From NCBI GenBank assembly GCA_951406725.2, contig OX597817.1, positions 88,288,001-88,352,000 of the forward strand: 64,000 nucleotides of DNA, written 5' to 3'. Shown here in pieces: positions 39,601 to 52,200 of the stretch. Position 1 is the stretch's first letter; every line of letters begins with the position of its first letter. The position numbers and the translations under genes were made by a program. This stretch comes from Octopus vulgaris. Lineage: Eukaryota. A model generated the notes under the pieces. The model was not told the origin of the DNA. It saw only the letters and a program-made list of their open reading frames with translations, and made no database searches.

Positions 39601-39996
39601 GCATCAGTTTTCTCTTCAAGTTATAAAAGATCTCATGAGTCAGAAATTACAAGTTTCTGACAAAACCACTTGTATAAACATATGTGCGTTACTTGCACAG
39701 TTGTCTAAATTAGATCAAAACCCTGTCACCGAGTTCACTGAATCAATCTATACAACACTTGTTGAAAAGATTGGTGGAGGTTTAGCCCTGGCCAGTGAAG
39801 TTGCTGAACAACATACTAGCATTTCAACTTTGAACCCAATCCAGGCTGAATACAAGCTGCTGCAAGAAGTTGCTGAACTTCCAAACTATGGAATATCATT
39901 CCATGAAGCCAAGAACTGCAGTGGAGAAAATGTTCATATTGGCGTTGGACCTGAAGGCATTACTATTTTTGATGAAAATTTAATACAAGTTGAGAC
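39601..39996 (+). CDS. MYLIP: MYLIP-like coding exon (FERM F2 and start of F3)
   Basis: Acceptor gttcttgcAG|G, donor GAGAC|GTaagt (phase 2). In frame with the previous exon: (R)HQFSLQVIKDLMSQK...AEYKLLQEVAELPNYGISFH...IGVGPEGITIFD. Confidence 0.93.
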
Positions 39997-42410
39997 GTAA
40001 GTCATTGATTATAAATTTGTATTATTCTTTTTCTGTAGCTTTTATTTTTATTGTTGCATGAGTAAAGTAGAATCATTTTACATTTTGTGCATGTGTAGAA
40101 AATATAAATTCAACTGAAAAATGTTTATTCAAATTATATTAGGGTTTTATTCGTTTATAATCACAGAATGAGGAAAATATATTTTGATGTTGCTGATAAG
40201 TTAATTTGGCAGTAACAGGCCTGAACAAACAATATAAAATTATTGCAAATGATGTGTGGCCTTTAATTACTGTTAATGATGAGTAGTTTTAAATGATTGT
40301 TGATGTCCGATTTAAGCCTACACATTGTTCACAAAGTTGTTCAGAATACTTAAAGTGTGTGTGTGTGCAAGAGCATGTTATGTTGTGAATATGTTACTGT
40401 GTGTCTGTGTTTATATATGTAATCTTCATAATGTGGGACAGTTGAATTAAGAGAAATAGAGAAGTTTACAGGAGTGTGGTATTATACTTAAGCCAAACTT
40501 GTTTATCAAGTCTAGTTGAAGGCTGGTGACGCTGTCTTCTCTGATGGCAATGTGTGTAGAAAGAACTTTGTTCCATATACAGCACCATAGGTTATAATGG
40601 TAGTATCTTTGAGTAGTGATATCACCACTCTTTACAATTAAGTACACTTTTGATAAAGCTGCATAGTCAGTTGCTGATTGATTGGGAAAAAATTTTTTAA
40701 TTAATGAACTCAGCTGTTGAACAGTTCCATAGGAACAAAGTCTGACTTTTTTTTCTTTTTTTTTAAGACATTCACTATAAAAGTTCATTGCACTAGATTG
40801 CAAGTAACAAAATATACACCTGTAAATATTATTCACTTAATTAGTGAACCATGTTGTCTCATTTCTGTCATATATAAAGAAGTTGTACAAATCGAACTGT
40901 CTAGTTTCCATGTCATCCTGATTTAGTTTTCCTACAAAGGCTACAGGGGAATGAAATTAGTATACTCCACTGGATGTGCAATGTTGATGTACACATGTGA
41001 CAGAGTGCTAGTGTATTGAGAAAAAGTTGGGCATCTACATCCATACACATCGTGTGTTGCATATGGATGTGGACAGTTGCATACAGAAGGGCTGATTACT
41101 TAAAGAGGATGGAACTTGTGGAAGAGGGAGACCCAGAAAGACATGGGATGATTTCAAGACACTGAGACTTACAAAGGAGATGACAAAAGAACTAAGATAT
41201 TTGGCACCTTGCTGTACTAAAGAAGACCCATCCACAGCAGAATTGATACTGGTTCTGTTGCCACATAAAAGCATCCAGTACACTCTGTGAAGTGGTTGGT
41301 GTTAGGAAGGACATCCAGCCATAGAAGCCATGCCAGAACAGACAACAGAGCTTTATCATCTCCAGTCAAACTGTCCAGCCCATACCAGCATGGAAAATGG
41401 ACATTAGATGATGATCATGATGATGGTGATTTACTGACTTGTTGCAATGGTGGGACTGGAGACAGGTTACCTTCTTCAGATAGTTCATGCTAATAGTTTT
41501 CTGTTGATTGTATTGGTGACAAAATACTTAGTCTTGTATAACACTTTGAAAGGGCTTTATACTGTATTGTAATAAATAAACTTGTGACTAATTGAGGGAA
41601 GATCCAGTAGAGCTTGTATTATGGTCATTTATGATTGAATGACAACTGATGATGTATTGAATATGTGTTTCTTTAGTTGGTGGACGAGATAGATGAATCT
41701 GGTACCGAAGCTGTTGTTGTTTAATCCCAGGTCAGCCTTCATTGAGCAGTCCTGGCATTTTGTCTGAGACCATCCTATCTTTTTGTATACATATCAAGAA
41801 CTACATTGTCCAATGTATTAAGGCGGCAAGGGAAATTTGGCTGCTATTTCTAGTAAGCCAAACAACAACATAATGATTTTTTTGTTGGCTGATGATACCA
41901 AAGTAGAATGCCTTGATGTAACCATGTGTCTTGGTAAGGTAATGGTTGTACAGTACAGAAGTTTGATGAGGAGTTTACTTCTGAGTTCATCTTCTTCTGT
42001 AGAATATGTATAGTGCACCAGGCAACTGGAAGCAAGACACAAAGAAAAACACCAAACAAAACAATTCTAACTACATAACTCCCATAAAAGTGGTACACAT
42101 GGTTAGTTACACACTTCAAACAGGCATGTCATTCAACTGAATCGCCCTAAGCCTCCATTGAAGGCCTCAGCATGACCACAATAGAGGCTACATGTCATGA
42201 TAGTGAAATGTGACTGATGGGAACTGTGCAAGGTCATTGGAGGGACCATTTAGATTGCCCCTCTTAGCTTTATCTTTTCTGCAGTGAATGAAATAAGGAT
42301 CAGTTTGTGAGTGGTTTGATTCACTCAATTACATTTGTCAGACAAATTTGTGACCCTGTAGCAGTGTTAGATGTTTCAATAATACATCTGTTGTTTTCTT
42401 ATATTTTCAG

Positions 42411-42673
42411 TGTTGATTTCCATATGATGCAGAAGGCTACACTTGCTGACCGTCTTGTATTTGTTCAGCTGATTAATCAAGCAACCGAAGAAGATAGTAG
42501 AACTGTTGGCTTCAAACTTGTCAGTGAGAAGGCAGCAAAGGCCCTTTACCGTTGTATGACTGAGACTCATTCTTTCTATCGATGTGACACAGTTCGCAGT
42601 ATTGTAGCCACGCAATACTGTCGGGATTTAAAAGGGACTTTTGTCTCCCTATTTAATGAGAACACATCATTAG
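42411..42673 (+). CDS. MYLIP: MYLIP-like coding exon (FERM F3)
   Basis: Acceptor atattttcAG|T, donor TTAG|GTaat (phase 1). Encodes GFKLVSEKAAKALYRCMTETHSFYRCDTVRSIVATQYCRDLKGTFVSLFNENTSL, the MYLIP-diagnostic LYRxxTExHxFYRCDTV/RDLKG block. Confidence 0.95.
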
Positions 42674-43075
42674 GTAATAGAGGTTACACAATTATGAATG
42701 AGTTTCTTTCTTGCAGCTTTGTTAATTTGATGTGTGTGAGGATGATCTTGTGTGCATGCATGCACACACACACGTGCACACACACACAGAGTAATACAGA
42801 GGGGATTTGACAGTTAACTAATTTGTGACAAATTAACTACCAAAGTTAATTATCTTATTACGTTCTGTTTGAGATAAATATTACCTTCCCTGTAGATTTA
42901 CTATTTTTTCCAAAATACTTTGTAGAATATTACCTGAGGAGATGACTGATGGATAACAACATGAATTTACTTAATGTTACCTAATTTATTAGATAATGAA
43001 CTTCTACTTAAATTAAACCATGCTATTGAAACACATGTAGTGATGTTTTAAACTATCCATTCATTTGTATTTTAC

Positions 43076-43108
<33 letters not shown>

Positions 43109-44510
43109 CTTGGTGACTCACTCATGCTAGTGCCATTAAAAAAAAAGGCACCCAATACACTCTATTAAGTAGTTGACATTAAAAAAGATATTCCTCTTTG
43201 GAACCATGCCAAAGTAGACATTGGAGACCAACGCAACCTTCATGCTAGTCAAATCCTATCAAGCCATTCAGCCCATGCCAGTATGGAATATGGATGTTAA
43301 ATAATGATGATGACATACAAGTGCGTGCACACGCACACATACACACATATAAGGGAAAGTAAACATGAAAGGGGGAAATAGGTGATAGTGGGTGAAGAAT
43401 GCAAAGAAGGAAGGAAGAGAAGTTTTGGGTATCCTGGAATTTAGTCAGAGAGAGCTGCTAAAGTAGCAGAGAAGCTGTGGGGTGAGTAGTCTGAATAATG
43501 ATGATAATCTTTTGTAAATATTAGACTATAGAAATAGTCTAATATTGGGGCACACAGAAGAAAAAAAAGGGCTAAAGTCAATTAAGGCAGTGTGCTGACA
43601 GAATTTGTGATACACCGGGCAAAATGCTTAGCAGTATTTCATCTGAGTTCAAATTCCTCTGAAGTTGACTTTGTCCTTCATTCTTTCAGGGTTGATAAAA
43701 TAAGTACCATTTGAGCAGTAGGGTTGGTGTAATCCACTATCCCCTACCCTCAAAATTACTGGCCTTGTGCCAATATTTTATAGGTGCAGGCATAGCTGTG
43801 TGGCAGGAAGATTGTCATATGGTTCTGGTTTCTGTTCTACTGCATGGCACTTTGGGCAAGTGTTTCTTCTATAGCCCTGGATCAATTAAAGCTTTGTAAG
43901 TGGATTTGGTTGATAGAAACTGAAAGAAGCTTGTCATATGTGTGTATGTGTTTATGTCCCTGTAACTTAGCAGTTTGGCAGTAGAGACCAATAGAATAAG
44001 CATCAGGCTTGAAAAAGAAATAAGCACTGGGGGCCCAATCCATTTCACTAAAAATTATTCAAGGCAGTGTCCCAGCAAGACCAGTCTGACAACTGAAACA
44101 AGTAAAAGTTAAAAGATGATATGATGAAAGCTTGTAATTCTATTTACCAAATTTTCATTCACCATTGTTTCCTAATTTACACAGAACCATGATGATGGTT
44201 TTTAACATTTTAAAAAAATAATTTTTTTTTCCTATCTTAGGCAATATTGCTTAAATATTGTGATATTGTGACTTGAAATATGTTTAACTGGAGTGTAAGT
44301 GCTTCAGATTGCATAGAGATAAGAAACACAAGATTATAGAGAGTGAAAGAAGGGAAGATTGGGTGAATGGAAAGAAAGTGAGGGGAAAAAAGATAAAATG
44401 GAAAGACTCTTATATGTATTGTATATGTGAGAAAGTAAAAAATCTGTTTTCCTATGCATTGCAGACAGTGTCTTATTTCTGTATCTAACAATATCACTTA
44501 TGTTTTGTAG

Positions 44511-44656
44511 GCAAAACCTATATTTTTGACATTAAACGAACAAGTCAAGAGGTCCATGATCATGTACGGAGAAAACTTTACAAGATGAGCAACGACATTG
44601 AAACAGAAACAAATTCCACTGCAACAAACATGTCAAATGATCCTGAAGAAACTGAA
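44511..44656 (+). CDS. MYLIP: MYLIP-like coding exon (end of FERM and acidic linker); absent from the ORF track
   Basis: Acceptor tgttttgtAG|GC, donor ACTGAA|GTgaga (phase 0). Translates (G)KTYIFDIKRTSQEVHDHVRRKLYKMSNDIETETNSTATNMSNDPEETE, matching MYLIP [24 protein letters not shown]. Confidence 0.92.
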
Positions 44657-44689
44657 GTGAGATTTGATTGTTTTTTCCTCCTTCCCTTC

Positions 44690-45085
44690 ATCATCATTAT
44701 TATTTAGTGTTTGCATTCCATGTTGGCATGGGTTGGACGGTTTGACTGGAACTGGTAAGCTGCACCAAGTTCCAGTCTGATTTGGCATGGTTTCTATAGC
44801 TGGATGCCTTTCCTAATGCCAACTACTCCAAGAGTGTAATGGGTGCTTTTTACATGTCTCTAGCATTGGTGGTGTCTCTAGCATTGGTGCTTTTATGTGC
44901 CACTGACATGAGTGCCAGTCACATGACACTGGCATCAGCCATGACTACAATTTCACTTGACTTGATGAGTCTTCTTAAGCACAGAATATCACCAGAGGTT
45001 TCGGTCACATGTCATCACCTCTATGAGGCCCAATGTTCAAAGATCCTGCTACCTGAGTCTACCTCTTCCAAACAGATTTTTGTGT
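44690..45085 (-). mobile_element. 3' end/UTR of an RTE family with (GAT)n tail
   Basis: Reverse complement carries a GRGRPR-like codon remnant and ttaggaaaggcatccagc...ccaacccatgccaacatgg...atgatgatg. Related 3' ends lie at 24605-24735(-), 41000-41425, 43125-43315, 46560-47102, 54288-54425, 54740-55080(-), 58455-58755, 59420-59990(-) and 62810-62908. Confidence 0.7.
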
Positions 45086-45161
45086 CTCAAAAGAATAAAC
45101 CTGTCATTTTTTTGGAATCATTCAGCCTGAGTTCATTAATATCTTTTACATGTTCCGGGTA

Positions 45162-45800
45162 GGGGTAGGGGTCCACCAAGGGTCAGTCCTCGGTTTATTC
45201 ATCATAGTCCTCCAAGCAATAACAGAGGAATTCAAGACAGGGTGCCCCTGGGAGCTCCTCTATGCTGATGATTTTGCTCTAATTGCTAAGTAACTATCAG
45301 AACTAGAGGAAAAGTTTCAGGTGTGGAAGCAAGGATTAGAATCAAAGGGCCTTAGAGTCAACTTAGCTAAAACCAGTCTTAATAGTAGGAAGGCAGACAA
45401 ACCACAAATCCCTTCAAGTATATGGCCCTGCTCAATCTGTAGAAAAGGCATAGGTAGAAACTATAAGATGTACCCAGTGTAAGCTATGGACACATAAGAA
45501 GTACAGCAATATCAAAGGAAGGCTAACTGGGAGGATAGCTTTTGTATGTGGCAGATGCTCAGGGGTAATAAACACTGTAAATGTGCAGAGAACAACTTCC
45601 GCAACATTCCAGGGAGAAAAACTACAAGTAGTTGATAGCTTCTGTTACCTAGGTGACCAAGTCAGTAGAGGGGGAGGTGCGCTGAAAGTGTAGCTGCTAG
45701 AATAAGAATAGCCTGGGCAAAGTTCAGAGAGCTCTTACCTCTGCTGGTGACAAAGACCTTCTCGCTCAGAGCAAAAGATAGACTGTATGACGCATATGTA
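45162..45800 (+). mobile_element. RTE-clade LINE RT fragment with Cys-rich insertion, degenerate
   Basis: VGVHQGSVL..LFIIVLQAITEEFKTGCPWELLYADDF; WPCSICRKGIG...CTQCKLWTHK...FVCGRC; VDSFCYLGD..RIRIAWAKFRELLPLL. Contains stops and frameshifts. Confidence 0.85.
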
Positions 45801-45985
45801 CTTCCATATGCAACTGTCTACATCTATATATATATATATATATATATAAATATAAATGCTTTAATACTTTTGAAAAAATATTTTTAACGAAATACACTTC
45901 CAATTAATTTTGAAAACACTGAAGAATTTTGTAAGATTAAGTAAAATAACTTTGTAATTAACTTGGTACTTGGAACATAACTTAA

Positions 45986-46203
45986 TGCTTTAGCATTCAA
46001 ATTACTCTGATAAATGTAATGCTTATTTATTCACACTGTTTCAAATTAATCATGCAATATTTTGTAACTTTGATATTGCAATGATGTGATTGTATTTTTT
46101 AAAATTATTTTGTAGGGTAGATGTAAGAGACAAAAGTTCTAACAGTTTGAAAATACGAGGTAGAATATTTGGGCCATATATGACCGGTTTGAATGCTAAA
46201 GGA
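45986..46203. mobile_element. piggyBac-type MITE, empty-site copy
   Basis: TTAA|tgctttagcattc ... gaatgctaaagga|TTAA. Colinear with 26418-26782 apart from the 26535-26679 insertion. Confidence 0.72.
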
Positions 46204-46619
46204 TTAAGAAAAGATTTTTCCATAAATTTATTGGGAGATTTTTAACTGAAATATGAACACTTCAAAACTTGGGATCTTATATCAGACAAACAAGCGTATA
46301 GTGATTTTGGTCAGGCTGGTGTCAAAAGAGATAAATTTTTAAATGTATTTTTAAAAAGATTTCTTGGAACCTTCAGAAGTTATTTCAGTTGTCAAATTTT
46401 CAAAAATGACTCCCACTTTGTAAACTGAAAGATTATAAAATACCCCATTAGTGCATAAGAAGAGAGGTGATTGGTGTGAGGAAGATTTGCAGTGTAGTTT
46501 GAGTTAATGAGTGACAAGCACAGAAAACCAGTTACAAAGAAATAAAAATACATGACAATAAGATGAAAAAGTTTCTTTTATTTTTTGGTGCACCTGTGCT
46601 GGTGGCACTTAAAGAACAT

Positions 46620-46772
46620 CTTTTGAATGTTGGTTCTCACAGATGCAAAGTGGCTGAGTTTCTTTCAAGCATTGGGCCTCACAGAGTAAAAGTGGCTGAG
46701 TTTCTTTTTAGTGTCAGGCCTCATGGAGGCAAGGAGGCTGAGTTCCTTTCGAGCACTGAGCCTCACGGAAGC
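46620..46772. repeat. Tandem repeat, ~42-bp unit, ~3.5 copies, inside an RTE-related 3' region
   Basis: Repeated gcctcacagagg/caaagtggctgagtttctttc. Produces the repetitive ORF 46563-46940. Confidence 0.75.
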
Positions 46773-47918
46773 AATAATCAAGACCTTTGGCATTATGTCA
46801 TGCTTGAGAAGAAGACCCATCAAGCTGAACAAAATCACAGTTGTGGTATATATTGGTGTCACGCAAATTGGCACCCGTGCCGGTGGTACGTAAATGCACC
46901 CTGGTGTCATGCAAATGGCACTCATACTGGTGGCATATAAAGGCACCCATTACACCCTCAGAGTTGTTGGCATTAGGAAAGGCATCCAGTTGCAGAAAAC
47001 CATGCCAAATCAGACTGGTGTCTGGTGCAGCCTTCCAATGTGCCAGCCCAGTCAAACTGTCCAACCCATGCCAGCATGGACAATGGACGTTAAATGATGA
47101 TGTGGGACGGGAAGGTGAAATTAAAGGAATTTTTGTCCTATCTATTAAAGGAGATACAAGCATTTTCACACATATGATATGAACTTTCACCTACCAAATT
47201 CAATCACAAGGCTTTGGTCAGAGTGAGGCCATAGCAAAAGACAGTTGCCTAAGGTGTTATGCAGTGGGACTGAACCCCAAACCATGTAGTTGAGTAGCAA
47301 GCTTCCATAACCACACAGCCATGCCTAGGCAAATATCTATACCATTATAGTTTGAAGTACCTAGTTGAAAAATGAGCTATTGTTTGCTGACTTGGAAGGT
47401 TGCGATTGAATACTAGTGTTTGTGAACTCCAAATGTGGAGAGGTATTAAGAAGAGTTGAAGTCACAAACCACAGGGCTTCAGAAGGCCAAGGACATTCCT
47501 ACAGGCATCCAACTGGTGCTCAGGAAAGCAATTTCCTTGATCACAACTAGCCTAGCTTATTTGTTGGGCATGGGCGACTGTATACAATATAGTAAATCAG
47601 ATGAGTAGAAGTAGTCAGAAATATGATAGTAGATTCTTTGCTCAGGTGGTTGTGCTGTTGAAAATGAAAGAATGAATGTATTAAGTGCAGGAAGAGTGAA
47701 GTATGTTAGTTGATATAATCAACTACACCCTTGCTCACCTTAGTGGGACCCTATTTTAGCAATTGCCTAAGTATGTATGGTAAAGAATCAAAACCTTTCT
47801 TCATTTGTCACTGACACTTCACATTGCATTATAACCCCGTGTTTCCATTATATCCCTGTATTGTAAAGAAACACAGTTCAGTAATCAAATTGTTTTTTTT
47901 TTTGTTTTTGTCTTTTAG

Positions 47919-48152
47919 GTGAGCAGTCTTAGAAATACAGTTCAAACAGTGAAGGACTCTTTAACATGTCGAATCTGCATGAATGCAAATATCTCAACAG
48001 TTCTGTGTCCATGTGGCCATCTTGTCTGCTGCAGAGCCTGTGCACCTCATATCAAAGAATGTCCTCTCTGTCGAGAAAAAATCATAAGAATTCAAAAAAT
48101 TTACTTACCTTTTGAAAGCTTTACAGCCAATAACTCCGATGAAGATTCCTGA
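47919..48152 (+). CDS. MYLIP: MYLIP-like terminal coding exon, C3HC4 (IAP-type) RING finger
   Basis: Polypyrimidine tract then tcttttAG|GTG (phase 0). Encodes CRICMNANISTVLCPCGHLVCCRACAPHIKECPLCREKIIRIQKIYLP, stop TGA 48150-48152. The five exons sum to 1230 nt = 409 aa + stop. Confidence 0.95.
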   Translation: MSSLRNTVQTVKDSLTCRICMNANISTVLCPCGHLVCCRACAPHIKECPLCREKIIRIQKIYLPFESFTANNSDEDS

Positions 48153-48277
48153 TGACATGATGATCTGCTTCAGTTTTTTTTTTAACCTCCAAAATTCTTC
48201 ATCTTATTGACAGTACTACAAACAGTTGTATATTATTATTACTATTATTATTATTAGGTTTATTATGTGTATTAATG

Positions 48278-48495
48278 AAGGTGGCGACCTGGCAGAATCA
48301 TTAGCATGCCAGGCAAAATGCTTTAGTGGTATTTCATCCATCTTTGTGTTCTGAGTTCAAATTCTGCCAAGGTTGACTTTGCCTTTCATCCTTTCAAGGT
48401 CAATAAAATAAGTGCTAGTTGAGCACTGGGATCAGTGTAATTGACTTACCCCTTTCCTGAACTTGCTGGCCTTGTGCCAAAATTTGAAACCATTA
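48278..48495 (+). mobile_element. SINE family A just downstream of the MYLIP stop codon
   Basis: aaggtggcgacctggcagaatcattagc...gagttcaaattctgcc...gcctttcatcctttc...aatttgaaaccattattatt. Further diverged copies lie near 9143-9345, 12003-12175, 22925-23115(-), 24295-24480(-), 30110-30395(-), 30848-31145, 43584-43770, 57627-57835 and 59118-59340. Confidence 0.82.
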
Positions 48496-49167
48496 TTATT
48501 ATTATTTAATAAACAAAATGACTTATAAACAGCCTTAAGATATATACCAACACACACAGCTTTGCTTTTAATCCTTCTGGGATTGATATAATAAAGTACT
48601 GGGATGCAGCCTTCTCTCCCGACACTGTCACAACTTTTGAGGTTCTGCTGAGTCAAGGGTGCAGTGTTTAGAGTTCAGTGGGTGTCTATATCTTAACACT
48701 ATCTTTATCCCTGTTTTAGATAACTGGACAATAACGCATACTGCTATTGAGTCATATTTGATTGTGAAGGATGGCTGAATAATACATAATATTGGCCTTT
48801 TGCAAAGATAGAAACCATTATACATATATAATGCACACACAAAACCATCATTCTTAACTTAGCAACATAAGAGATAATTAATAACATGAGTCACTTGCTT
48901 TGTATGTATATATATAAAGTTATAATTCAAGTTTAGATTTAAATTTAAAATTTAAACTGCATTTTGGTTATGTCCCTGGTAGTATGCCGACAAAGCACAT
49001 TCACTGTTTATCATCCTTGGTAATTGCACAATTGTCGCTGGGTCTACGTTAGGAATTCCTCAGTGCAAGTTGAGTACAGCAGAAACTATTGATATGAAAA
49101 CAATTGATACTGAAAACTTTATTTATAAAGTTTCCAGTGTACTCTATCTTCTGTATCAATTGTTTTT

Positions 49168-49240
<73 letters not shown>

Positions 49241-52200
49241 CATTTAGCATCACTCAAAAGAAGAAATATTTAATTTAGGTGGAGAATATAAATATATATG
49301 TTCATATTTTCTACCTAAACCTAAATTAAATGGGTTTTTTTTTTTTTTGAGTGCTGCCAAATATTTTGTTTTTCTTTTCATTTTATTTTATTTTTATCTA
49401 TTGTTAATAATGTTAACCAGCAGAAAACAACAAGTAAGTTTATGGTGTCGTAATCAATGCCCTGGCTTCTGCTCAGCAATTTCACTTAATGGATAATTTA
49501 TGTTCTTCTGAAAGGCTTAAATAACACTTCTCTTGCTTATAAAGTGTTTGTTTTTCCTGCACAGCTGATGATAACAATATGAAACCTCTCTAGTATATCT
49601 TCTTCTAAGGCACAACTTAACACCCCACACAGAAAGGATCATCTAGAAATTGATATGTTTTGTTAGGATGTTTAATTTGGAAATCTAATTTTGCAGATAA
49701 CAACACTCACAAATACACCATCATGATTATAACACACATACATTCACAACATTCACATGTGCATACAGATACATCCATATGTGTGCATGTAACATGTATG
49801 CATGATTCTATTTGCCTTTCAAGTGGCATTGGAATTGCAGTGTTGTTTCATGATCTGAAACTCTATCAAGCTGTTTCTGGATTGCACAGGCCCTAATGAA
49901 CATGTTGTTGCTGATTGCTTCATTTTCAACTTCAGTGCAACTGTTAGCCAGGTTGTATTGTGTCTACCCATACATAGAGTTAATTTTCCTGTCATCGTTG
50001 ATTCTGCTGCTAATGTGCTCAGTCACTGTAGCATCCTCTCTGCATCTGGTTCATTTGGAAACTTCTTTCCTCCCCTACCAATGCCTTCTTTCTTTCTCTG
50101 TGCATACTTTCTTCTATAATATTTCTTTTATTTTCTCTCCTTTGTGCATGTATGTGTGTGTGTGTGTGTGTGTGTGCAGTGGGTCAGTGGTGGGTTTTAG
50201 GATGATTAAAAATAATTATTCTTTTGCTGGATCTATAGTTGCCATTAGCAGACAAAATAAGTCACTGGAATCTCCTGTTCTTCCTATTCATGTATATACT
50301 ATGAATTCATAGGGCTATATTATATAATTGTCATGTATATACTGTTCCAGTCTATTTTACTTTAAACTGGAAACAAATCAAAACCAATGTAATCATTATA
50401 TTTATGATGGTTGTTGATTTAAATATAATATTTGTAGTGCAGACATTTTTCACACAGTTATTGAAATTTACATACAGCAGTGTAGAGGTAATTTGTTGGG
50501 AGGTTTGCTACTTTTTTTTTATTTCTTGTTCGTAATTTCACTTCACTTATGTTGCTAACAGCCTTGATATAGAGGCATAAATGTCAGTCTTATATTACCC
50601 CTTGATTACTCTGCTAGAAATAGTAGATAAATCTCCTTCAGTCCCAGATTGTCTTTAAAAAGGGACACATTGGATAATGCTGTCTTGGATATACAAACAT
50701 ACGGAATGATCACTGTGAGAATCTCTTCAACCATAAATCTGCTCAATTAGGGATGTCTTGGAGGGGATTAAGCAACGACAAACCCTCCAAAAATTCAAAG
50801 TTTTGTATGTAACTGTCATCTATTTTGAAAATCCTTCTGGACATCAAACACTGGAACTATATTTCTTGTAACCAAGATACTTGTCTTTCAAACTTATGGA
50901 ATTACTAAAATCCAAACTTATATTTTCATTTATTCAGCAATTAGTTCAAGTAACTGACTGGTTAGAATACTAAAATAGTGACCATTATGTGTTCAAATTC
51001 TTCCACAATCTTTGTGCTTATTATTCTGCCTTGGTTAAGTGAACTGGAATTAGATTGTTTTCTCATTTTGTGGTTAAATTAATGCTGGAAAACAATTCAA
51101 CTGAAAATATCTGCTCCAAAAATACTTGTGAAAACCTACATTTTTCAGAACTAAACAACCCTTGCTAACTTGTCAAATATTAATGAGCTAAACACTGATC
51201 ATACATCTCTCTTTGAGGGTCACAGTGTCCTGTTTCTGATCAAAAATTGAGAGTGAATTATCTAGTGTAGTGGTTGCTGAAGGAATAGGGTTTGTTGGAA
51301 ATGTAACCATAAAGTAAACTTGGTGAGAACCTGGTCATGATTCCTCTTTCTTGATCCTAGAAAGGACTTACATAAATATATCCCAAGGACATTTGAATAT
51401 AGTTTTAAATCTTAGAAACTATATATATTAGTCTTAAATGGAGAAAAAAAAACATCATTAAGTTTTTCTTGAAACATAATTCTGGGTGGTGTGCCTTAAA
51501 AAATTTTAACACCCATTTTTTTCTTGATGTTACATTTTATCACATAATTTTTAAAATTGTGATTTTTTTTATTAGTACAATATATTCAAGGAGGATAGTG
51601 GTCATAGCATAACAATATGCTTGAATGTAATGAGTCCCAAAAGTGGTGTAAATTAACATTTATTAGTTATTAATACACCTTTCATTTGCTTGCTTAACTG
51701 AAATACAATATAAACGTTTGATTATGGTGAACTATGCTGAAGTAAGCATAAATAATAAACTTCATCTTATAATTTGCAGTTCAGATTTTAGAATCTGGCC
51801 AAGATATTTAATTTTCTTAATGTAATGCCCAGTTCATCCTGCTGTCAATAAGTACTATAGGAGGCACAGCTCCTCATCACTATAATTAAAATATTGTATA
51901 CAAGTGGTTTTTCAGGCTTTCATTGCTGAGTTCATATTCTTCAATATGGCAATAAAAGACTGTTGTACTTCATTGACATGGCTTCAACACACTATATGAA
52001 GATAAATCATCAGGAATATTATTTTTAGCATCACTGCATTGTTGATACCCAGGTCTTTAGATTTGTTTATTGCTATATTCCTTACAGTATCATCATTATT
52101 CTTCTTTTTTCCATAGTTTGTTCATTGCACAGTATATCACCAATTATCTCATTATTTCATTATTTTCTATATATCCCAGTATCAGCATCTGTTAATACTG

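Noticed and set aside
41950-42010. Possible hammerhead remnant (cagaaga...caaac on the minus strand)
   Set aside because: Both conserved boxes are mutated and the stems are unconvincing.
46563-47190. Cluster of 60-130-aa ORFs in the last MYLIP intron
   Set aside because: They arise from a 42-bp tandem repeat and RTE 3' UTR sequence. The MYLIP exons splice in frame without them.
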